In this document: in pieces, positions 50,421 through 59,483 of the stretch
Numbering within the stretch: the stretch's first letter is position 1
Layout: every line of letters begins with the position of its first letter
Assembly (NCBI GenBank): GCA_002104905.1
Contig: MCFE01000125.1
Span: forward strand, 97,230-161,229
Length of the DNA stretch: 64,000 nt
Direction of reading: 5' to 3'
From: Basidiobolus meristosporus CBS 931.73
Taxonomy: Eukaryota > Fungi > Basidiobolomycota
Program-made: the position numbers and the translations under genes
The notes under the pieces: model-generated
Databases searched by the model: none
Told to the model about the DNA's origin: nothing
What the model saw: only the letters and a program-made list of their open reading frames with translations

Positions 50421-53400
50421 ATGTCAGGAAAGAAAAAGAAGGTAGCGAGTAAGTGTTAATATTTTCCACAATCAAGTAGATCCCTGCTCCATTTAACCTA
50501 TCTCCTCTCCATAGCGGAGAAAACTTCCAAACCTGCTCCGAGTTCAAAAGCTCCAGCAGGAAAAGCAGAAGGAAAAACCCCGCTTACGGAAAACCGCTTG
50601 CTAACAGCAAGAATTCAGAGAAACCAGAGCCACCTCAATTATTCGATAACTGGACGGGAAAGACGCCAGTTTCCTTATTATATGAGCACTGTCGAAAGCA
50701 AAACCTGGAAAAGCCAGAGTTCGAAGTGGTTAGTCTTCATTCAAAGGGCTCACCCCTATTTCCATCCCCTCTCACGAATCTTTGCTTAGAAACGAAACGC
50801 CAAAGGTTACTACTGCGTAATCCATATGGGAAGAGTTGACAAAAAAAAGGGCTTATTAAAGACGACCTTGATTCCACCAAATCAGCTATCCTTTTCTGCA
50901 GGAAACGAAGCTCGGCACATGTCTGCCACTTATGCCCTCCATAGAATTGGTCATAAATTTTCGTTACACAGAACGCTGCCACCCGTATACAAGAAGTATT
51001 GGTTGGAATTGGAAGAGGCGAAAAAAGAGCCCAAGACAAAAATGCTCTACGAGTTAGACATGTTTGCTCCTCCGCCTCCGCCACCTTCAGCGAATTCAAA
51101 GTCGACTAGTGGGCCCATGGGGATTAGTATGCATCCATCTAAATCGAACCCCGCCAAACCCACGTACTACGATAAGTTGCCGAGTGTAGAGATGAAGCTG
51201 GAGTACAGAGAGTGGGCGGAGAGGATTGTCAAAGAATATAGAATCGAATCTTCCGGAGGGGTAATGCCTTGTTCAGAGGGTGTAATGCTACAAGCCTTGG
51301 ATAATAATCTACTTTTAAATCTAGGAAGGCGCCTCTGAAGCTACCAAAGAGGCAGTATCCAAGACATTGCTACGTTTTGGATTTAGACCTGCACATGTTC
51401 AAGAGTCATTGCAGTACAGTAATAATGTTCAAGAGGCCCTAGACTGGCTATGTAAGAAGAGAAAATAGTCTTGATTGACGTATTGATGTATTAACCGTAT
51501 TCATCCGTGTAGGCTTACATGTACCCGAAGATGGTATGTTTAGAGAATCGCTCCCACATAACCGCATGATAGTAACCCATGTATCTCAATAGATCTACCA
51601 GAGCGGTTCATTAAGAAAGCCTACAAGCCCGAGATAACAATACAAAGCAACAAACAAGACCTGCAGCGTAAATACCAACTTGAACGCTTAACCGCCGCTG
51701 GGTTCTCCCAGATTCAGTGTGAAAAGATCCTTGATAAGTTTGGTGGCAATGAAATAGCTGCTCTTCGTCACCTGGTGTTTTCTCTTGCAGCATCCACACT
51801 CACAGCGGAGCGAGATTTAAGTGAGGAGCAGCTCGTCGAACTGAAGCAAACCCGGGAGGAAGAGTGGGTGGCGTTGGAGTCTATTTATGATTCGCAATTC
51901 CAAAAGATCAACGAGTGTACGGTACAAATCAGTATCCCGCTCAAGAAGCATACGCCAACAACCCTGGAGATCCAAATTCCTGATGACTCGCTCTACCCGA
52001 ATGAGCCGCCCATTGTGGTCCTCAAGAACCCTAGCTTACCCTCGTACATTCGCCTTTACGCCATGAAAAGGTTGGTTGAGCACGGAAACACCCTGGTCGG
52101 TATTCCTATGACATACGAGCTGGTGGAATGGGTGATCACGAACTTGGAGGATATTGTGGCCTCGCCACCACCTCTGGCCGAGCTGTTCAGCAGCGAAGTC
52201 GAGTCCGCCCCATCTTCCGGCAAGTCAAGCCCAACACTTGAGCACGATTCCAAGCCCAAAAAGAAGAACCCAAGCAAGGTGTCTAGAAAGAGGGACGCCA
52301 ACGGGCAGCAGGTCCTCGAATCTTTCCGTCGCATACAGAGCTCTCCAGAATATATGAAGTTACTTCAGAAGCGCCAGGAATTACCATCGTTCAAATTCCA
52401 GCACAACGTGCTCAGTGCTCTGGAATCAAGCCAAGTGGTTGTGATCAGCGGTGACACCGGTTGTGGTAAAACTACCCAAATCCCTCAGTTCATCCTGGAT
52501 GACCTTATTCAGAAGGGCGTTGGCAATGGTATTCAACATAGTGTGTACCCAGCCTAGACGTATCAGTGCCGTCGCAGTTGCTAAGCGTGTTTCTCAAGAA
52601 CGAACCGAGAAGCTTGGGGATACAGTTGGCTACTCGGTTCGCGGCGATCAAGTTAGCTCCAACCGAACAAGGCTTATGTTTTGTACCACAGGTGTGCTGC
52701 TTCGTAGGCTACATAGCGCACCAGAGTTGGAAGATGTCTCCCACGTTATCATTGATGAGGTCCATGAACGATCCGTTGACAGCGATATCCTTCTGGCCAT
52801 TCTCAAGGAAATCCTGCAGAAACGCAAGGATTTGAAGGTGATTCTCATGAGTGCCACCATCAACAGCGAGCTATTCTCCCAATACTTCAGTGACGCTCCT
52901 TGCGTGGAAATCCCTGGGCGCACCTTCCCGGTCACGGAACTGTTTTTGGAGGATGTTCTGCAGACAATCCCTACCACCTTGAAGCCCCTGGCTGACAAGC
53001 GTGGACGCAAAGAGGATATCCAGCAGAATGAAGAGTTTCGGGAAGAATACCTTGCCCAGGGGCTGGACGATCTCACCATTGATTACTTAAAGCACCATCG
53101 ACGCCAAGAAGAGAACATCAACTACAGCTTGATTGTGGATGTAGTGCAGTACATCGACGCAGCGTATGGTGACGACGACGGGGCCATTCTGATCTTTTTA
53201 CCCGGTGTGATGGAAATCAACAAAGCCATCTCCCTACTCAATCAGGCGCTCAGCGACCGCAAGTATGTAACTCTGCCACTGCATGCGTCGCTATCGATTG
53301 AAGAGCAAACCAAGGTCTTCCACAAATACCCGCCAGGAACTCGGAAAATCATTGCTTCGACCAACGTTGCCGAAACCAGTATCACCATCGATGATGTTGT

Positions 53401-54876
53401 CTATGTGATTGATACGGGGAGAGTGAAGGAGACCTGCTTCGACCCTCTATCGCAGATGTCTAGCCTGGTGGAAATATGGACTTCTCAGGCGTCGGCACGC
53501 CAGAGAAAAGGTAGAGCTGGTCGTGTTAAGGCGGGTATCAACTTCAAGCTGTATACGAGGCATACGTACGAGAAGTCATTCAAGCCTTATCAAGTCCCAG
53601 AGATCCTAAGAATCCCGCTTGAGCAGCTGTATCTGCAGGTGCTGGCAATGGATATTTCGGACGTCAAGTCCTTTTTGTCCCAGACCATCGATCCACCTTC
53701 CCTCGATACCGTTAACGCAGCGGTGGATGTTCTTGTTGGCTTGGACGCTATCTCTCGAGACTCGCTGAGCTTGACCGCGTTGGGCAGATACATGGCGCAG
53801 ATCCCGACTGATTTGAGGCTTGCTAAAATGCTCATTTTCGGAGCAATCTTTGGCTGCCTTGACTCGATCTTGAATGTGGCTGGATGTATGTCGGTTGGGT
53901 CCCCGTTCATATCTCCTTCGGAGAAGCGAGAAGAAGCCAAAGCGTAAGTAAAGTCCCGTAATTGTGATTAGCCAAGGAAAACTAACCGAGAGAGAACCAG
54001 TGCGCGCATGAAGTTCGCCTCGCTCAAGAGCGACCATCTGGCTGACGGCCTGGCGTACCAGCAATGGGAGAAGCTAAGGAAAAAGGGAAACCGAGAGGCG
54101 AACAAATTCACCGAGGAAAGCTATTTGTCTACAAGAATTCTGTATGAAATTCGATATATGAAGGCGCAATTCTTCAAGATCCTGAAAGAGCTCGACTTCA
54201 TCCCCCGCAACCTTGGTTCACCCGACGAGCCCAGCTTGAACGCCAATTCTTCCGAGGTAGCGGTGCTGAGATCGGTCATCCTGGCGGGGTTGAATCCCCG
54301 CATCTTAAGAGTCAAGCTTCCAGAGCAAAAGTTCGAGAAGCTGGTTCAAGGCACCATCGAGAAGGCCAATGAGGCGCGCCAGATCAAATTTTTCACTGAG
54401 TCCGATGGTAAGGCTGCATTGGATGGAGTAAATAAGTGGCACTCTGCTAACTTGGGCCTTAGGCCGAGTATTCCTTCATCCTAGCTCCACGTTGTTCGAA
54501 GAGAACCAATATCAGACACCGTTTGCCGTCTACTTCCACAAGATGCACACCTCGAAAATCTTTGTCAGAGACATCTCCATGATAGGGATGTATGCTTTGC
54601 TCTTCTTTGCTGGACACGTCCAGGTCAATCACACGAAGCAGATGCTGACCGTCAGCAAGTGGATCGACCTCAAGGCATGGCCACGAATCGGTGTGTTGGT
54701 AAATGAACTAAGGTAACCACCAGTCCTAACCCTGGCTTGATGCACTAGCTAACCCTTTGCTTAGGCTAATTCTCGACAGTTTGCTACAACGCAAGCTGGA
54801 GAACCCTGCGCTTTCATTGCATGATCATCCGGTAACCGAGATCATAGTGGAACTGATTAAATCTGATGGACTTTAA
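50421..54876 (+). CDS. DHX57: DEAH-box RNA helicase, DHX57/YLR419W-like (RWD plus helicase plus HA2; multi-exon)
   Basis: RWD segment EEEWVALESIY...LYPNEPP; GDTGCGKTTQ, CTQPRRISA, DEVHER, MSAT, IFLPG, STNVAETSITI and QRKGRAGRV. There is an apparent frameshift at about 52530. Confidence 0.85.
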
Positions 54877-55029
54877 GAACCTAGAAGTGAATACACTAGA
54901 TTGAATAATAACAGCCAAGTGTTTGATTCCATACTTAGCTACGCAAACTGTATTTACCAGACTCAGGGGGGGGGGGCAATGTTACAGCTAGCTAGCTAGC
55001 ACCCAAAGTTTTATTAACTAAATATCACA

Positions 55030-55290
55030 ATGTTGAGTATCTTGTTAGGGTCAAGAATGCATCATGTTTACTTGGAAGTCCAGGTAACTTCCAATCCTTT
55101 TAGACTTATGCTTTTACAAGGAAGGCCCCAAGAGCACATGTGCAAAGTTTGGGTTAATGGAATATTTAGGAGTAAATACAAAATTCACAACACTTCCACT
55201 CAACTAAATATTCATATTAACTAAACCTAATCGTGAGCCAAGATATTCATATTCGTCTCTAGCTAATGGTTTTGGAAACATGTCTGCAAA
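55030..55290 (-). mobile_element. Degenerate copia 3' end (RNase H tail, PPT, partial LTR)
   Basis: Minus strand reads ADMFPKPLARDEYEYLGSRLGLVNMNI*, then PPT GAGTGGAAG, then TGTTGTGAATTTTG (LTR start at 55192). It includes CCCAAACTTTGCACATGTGC, as in the left-arm LTRs. Confidence 0.75.
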
Positions 55291-55800
55291 ACCAACCACA
55301 GAAAACATCTCGGTTGAAGCCGACTTCTCTGCTGGCCGATCACCATCTACAATATCATCGATTATTCGGTGGCTTGGAGATACATCAGGGATCTGCATGG
55401 GTGGTGATTTGCGTCTAGCATTGTAACGGTCAGGCACCTTATTTAGCATCTGGTGTGTGCTCAAATGGATATTGCATTGGGCAGGGATATTGCTAAAATA
55501 CTAACGATTCATTTACACAAGAGACGACAGGCTCAGCATGCCAGGCAAATTAAACCATCATATTGCTTCACCATTTGTCAGCTGATGAAATCAGTTGGTG
55601 AATTGACCCCAATGCATATCATAGAAACAGAGTCAATAGTTGGAATGTCGAACGCCAATAATACAGTGAAGCCTAAGGGTTAGATGAGTATGTATCTTCC
55701 CCCACTACTCCCCCATTAAAGCAGCCAACTCATCCAAATGCTGGGATTGTTGAGAGCCACGATATCCGGTGTTCAGAAGATCATGTGCCGATTTCGGCAT

Positions 55801-55875
55801 ACCCTGCCAACCTCCTGCCAACCTCTGCACCTCCTGCCACCTCCTGCCACCTCCTGCCAACCTCCTGCCAACCTC
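55801..55875. repeat. 10-11 bp minisatellite (A)CCTCCTGCCA, about 7 copies
   Basis: Read directly: ACCCTGCCAACCTCCTGCCAACCTCTGCACCTCCTGCCACCTCCTGCCACCTCCTGCCAACCTCCTGCCAACCTC. Confidence 0.9.
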
Positions 55876-55971
55876 ATCCCGTTCATTCTATCCGGCGCAA
55901 TCCAGCGCAATCCTCAGTTTTGTCAGTGTATTGCTCATTTCAATCTGCGCAGCCCTTAGCACATCTATTTA

Positions 55972-56577
55972 CTACCACCAAGGGTCATATATCACGGTAT
56001 TTATTGTGCTAGGATCAATCCAAATATCAGACTTAGCAATTCTCCACGCATTCAGTTTCTTCCTCAGCTTCAGCCGAGGCAGGTTGCTCTGCGCAGTCCT
56101 CCACGCACTGGGTCTCCGCTGGTCTGTCTCCTCCGCTGGTTCTGCGTACTGAAGCTCCTGATCAGGCTGCATGTAGACATAAGGATAGGAAGAGTCGTTG
56201 TCGGAATGCTCCGCTTCCTTGTCCTGGTCGTACTCCGAAGCATCAGCCGAGCCCTCCAATTCGAGACTGGGACCAGCCTGGTATTTGACATTCAAGCCTT
56301 TCCCATTCTCGGCTTGAGCGGTGTTCAGGCTATCATGCTTTTTAGTGACGGTGGTAAACACCTGTCTCAGTAATGGTACCTTGGCTACTGGTGCTGTTGG
56401 AAGTATGAAGGTTCGGGTGTTAGGGAAGCAGGGCGTCGTCTGTTGCCCGCATGGCACGGGGCGAAGGTAGACCTTTCGGAACGGACGGATGTGGGGCGAG
56501 GTGTAGGCAGTAGGAGCTGCAGTCACCGTCTCAAGGGTTACCAAGCCAAAGACAACAGCTAAAGTAGTGAAGCGCAT
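55972..56577 (-). CDS. Putative secreted protein of unknown function (~201 aa)
   Basis: Signal-peptide-like start MRFTTLAVVFGLVTLETVTA-AP. Open single-exon frame in CpG-rich sequence, with an acidic middle and C-terminus IWIDPSTINTVIYDPWW*. Confidence 0.6.
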   Translation of the reverse strand: MRFTTLAVVFGLVTLETVTAAPTAYTSPHIRPFRKVYLRPVPCGQQTTPCFPNTRTFILPTAPVAKVPLLRQVFTTVTKKHDSLNTAQAENGKGLNVKYQAGPSLELEGSADASEYDQDKEAEHSDNDSSYPYVYMQPDQELQYAEPAEETDQRRPSAWRTAQSNLPRLKLRKKLNAWRIAKSDIWIDPSTINTVIYDPWW

Positions 56578-57644
56578 TTTTGATAGATACAGCTTGAGGT
56601 GATGCCTCACTATAAATACCATCGCCTCCATTTAATAGAGTTTGAGCTTGTTTAATCATAGTGTAGGCGGTCATTATATTGCTCTCGGTAATGGCACGCT
56701 TGACTACCAATATCTGTGAATGCAGCCACCAAAATACCGACCCTATATCCGCTTATAGGATAAACCATCCTCTGCCCTCATCACGCTTTGATATAATTTC
56801 AATGTGTAGAGATATTGAGATTTTGCAATGGTGCGAATTTTGGGTACATGCTTGTAAGTTCAGCCAAGGACATCATCCCTGGTATGTCAAGAAATTGGTT
56901 ATGTAACTCAAGAATAGGTGGCTTAGCCAGGAAATACTTGAGGGACTGTAATCTACTGTATTTATTTGAGCATGAAGATAGAACCACAACACTACTTGAT
57001 AGACTTGGACTATATAGTATGCGTGCAGGCTTAGGCTGTCAATTATATCCATAATCTGTAGTCTCAGTGGCCCAAGCACCTTCTGACACTAAGGTACATT
57101 CATAATTGCCATATTCATTGATTACTTGGCATCCTTCTGGGATCTGATATTTGTCTTGACCACCGCTACCATATCTGCTACTGTGGACTACAGCTAAGAC
57201 TTCAAGCAAGAGTGTGCAAGATACCATATGAAAAATAATTGTGATGATCCCATCAAAAGGCCATCACAAAATTTAAATCCCATGACCAAGAGGTATTGAT
57301 GCCATTAGGTTACAGTGCAAAGACCATTAATAAAACTGCACCTCAGATTTCACAAAAAAACAATTTTTCATCACAACAATGCATAAGTGGCTTTTAATTG
57401 GTTCTCTACCAATTCTCTCACTTTCTGATCCCAGACATACAATAACCTCCTATGTTTGTGCTCATTGATTGGCTATTGCCTCTTTTTCACACTCCTTACT
57501 TCCTGACTTGGCTGATACTTTTACTCTTCATGCATATAAGCTGGTTTATTTCCATTAAATCTTAAGTTGTAACTCAGTTGCCAATTGGGGTGTCCAATAC
57601 AAGTCCCTGTACCCAACCCTAAAATTAAGCCCAACCCCACACTC

Positions 57645-57989
57645 TGTTGTAAAAATTTGTAATTCCACATAAATATTCACCAAACTTAGTCACTTTGATC
57701 ATTATCTACAAATCTTAGAGAATACTGACAAAACTCTTTGTTGGGACTTAGAATACTTTCACCAAGATATCAGGTATCCTGAGCATGAAAATTAGATGAG
57801 TTGTCCAAACAGCCCCAAGCTTTGTACACATGTTCTTGGGACCTTCCTAAACCTATTCTGCATGTCTGTTTTGCCAAGATCATGTAAAAGTAAATATACT
57901 GCATTTACATTCAATAAATCATTAAGTGTAAACCACATACTCTATTTGTCCTCCCAATTACTTCCAATATCTCCAAGACTCTTACTACA
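57645..57989 (+). repeat. Copia solo LTR
   Basis: TGTTGTAAAAATTTGTAATTCC...CTCTTACTACA; co-linear with the LTR at 1896-2243. Confidence 0.85.
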
Positions 57990-58107
57990 ACTGCAATTGT
58001 GCATTCACTGGTTCCCATACATCCTGGTCTTTAGCCAGCACTGCCAGGTCAAACACCTCAACTGCTAGGTTTTGCAATAAATATTTGCAATATTTAAGTT
58101 TGTTTTC

Positions 58108-58455
58108 TGTTGTAAGAGTTCTGTAGGCATTGGATATGATTGGGAGGACAAGTAGATTATGTGGTTTTCACTTTGTTATCTATTGAATATAAAAGTAGTA
58201 GTTATACTTGTACAGGGTCTTGGCATAATAAACACATTGTATATGCTTAGGAAGGTTGCAAGAGCATGTGTGCAAGGTTTGGGGCTGTTGAATAACTTTA
58301 AGAATTTCTATGTTCTGGGTACCGGATGTTTTGGTCAAAATATTCCAAGTGTATCCCAACAAGATGTTTGGTCAGTATTCTCTGAGGTTTGTAGTTAATG
58401 ATCTAAATGACTAAGTTAGGTGAGTATTTAGGTGGAATTACAATTTTTTACAACA
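58108..58455 (-). repeat. Copia solo LTR, inverted
   Basis: Reverse complement of the same LTR. Flanks TTTTC/TTTTA are a near-perfect 5-bp TSD. Confidence 0.85.
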
Positions 58456-58460
58456 TTTTA

Positions 58461-58505
58461 CAGGTGGGCAGCAGAGATATTGGCCTGCAAGAGCTGGGAT
58501 CCAGG
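58461..58505 (-). mobile_element. 45-bp RT remnant of the telomeric non-LTR family
   Basis: 42/45 identical to 60820-60864; translates LDPSSCRPISLLPTC versus LDPSSYRPISLLPTC. Confidence 0.85.
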
Positions 58506-58529
58506 TTAGGGGGAGGAAAGTCAGGGTTA

Positions 58530-59410
58530 GGGGGGGATGATAATCACCACAGGGTGAAATCTTTATTTAAATTGTAAATAAAGAAGCCAAGTTTGAATAT
58601 GAATATTTGAGATAAAGTAAGCCTACAAGATAAACTTGGACTTTGCTGTATCCCAGATATCCTCAGTATCAAAGTTTAGAGGAGAATGTAGCAAAACTGC
58701 TTGTTCACTGTAGTATTTCTTGAGGAAGTTTGTGACTTGAAGGGAAGGAGAGTTTTTCAACAAGCTGGTAAACCTTTTGAGGAGTTCTTTTTCCAGAGAG
58801 AATGGTACAAAGAGTGGAATGTCTAAATGATGTCTGAATATATGCTCTGAGAGCTCCCAATCCAGCATATTTTTGACTTCCTCTGTAAAATCTTCCACTA
58901 TATCCTTGTCAAGAATGACTTCCAAGAGATCCCTGGCAATGCACTGAATGTTAATAATCTTAGGCATATGAATACCAAGGTCCTTGAGGTAGTTTCCTTG
59001 TTCTGAACTTGGAAGATAGCCAGCATTTCTCAAATAGCCAACAGCCCAATTGGCAGTGGGAGGAGTATCAGGGCTGACAGGGAATCTTCTTCTGGCTTTA
59101 GGGTGCACTGGCTTAGGTGGCTGTCTTATTGGGAGAACAGTGGACTTTGGATGAGCTTGAAGTGCTTGGGAGTATATCTGAGTATGAATGGCAGGAGTTG
59201 CTGGTTGCTGACAGTGTTCAGATTGACTGGAAAAAGTGCTGGTTGAGGGGTTGCAAGGTAAGGAAGTAGCTGAAAGAGAAGTAGAGAGTGCTGGGTGAGG
59301 CTCAGAGAGAGTTTTGAAAAGAACCTGGATCTGAGATTTCAACATTGAGTTTTCAGCTTCAAGAAGAGAAACTCTTTGTTCAAGTTAAGAAGTCTGTAAA
59401 GAGTGAAAGT
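58530..59410 (-). mobile_element. 5'-truncated ORF1-only non-autonomous telomeric retroelement (ORF 58623-59345)
   Basis: The protein is co-linear with the C-terminal part of the distal ORF1 (LEAENSML/LEAANTAL; RRRFP..P.TPPTANW/RRTYK.P..LPPASTW; LEVILDKDI/LEVILDQNI; EDIWDTA/EELWDSA). The stop is followed directly by a 3' UTR whose last ~60 nt match the full element. Confidence 0.85.
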
Positions 59411-59483
59411 TGGGTAAGGGTTAGGGGGGAGACAGTCACCAACAGGTGAAATCTTTATTTCAGTTGAAACAAAGAAGCCAGCG

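Noticed and set aside
11527-54876. Apparent clustering of RNA-processing genes (ZFC3H1, TOE1, PCID2, LUC7, DHX57)
   Set aside because: They are interspersed with unrelated metabolic genes, and there is no evidence of a functional cluster.
57600-57644. CCCAACCCTAAA...CCCAACCCC, degenerate C-strand telomere-like bits
   Set aside because: Only one true CCCTAA is present and it is in the wrong orientation for this end, so it cannot be supported.
57990-58077. Spacer between the inverted LTRs translating EVFDLAVLAKDQDVWEPVNAQ, loosely like RT KVFELL...AQF
   Set aside because: The similarity is too short and weak to call without a search.
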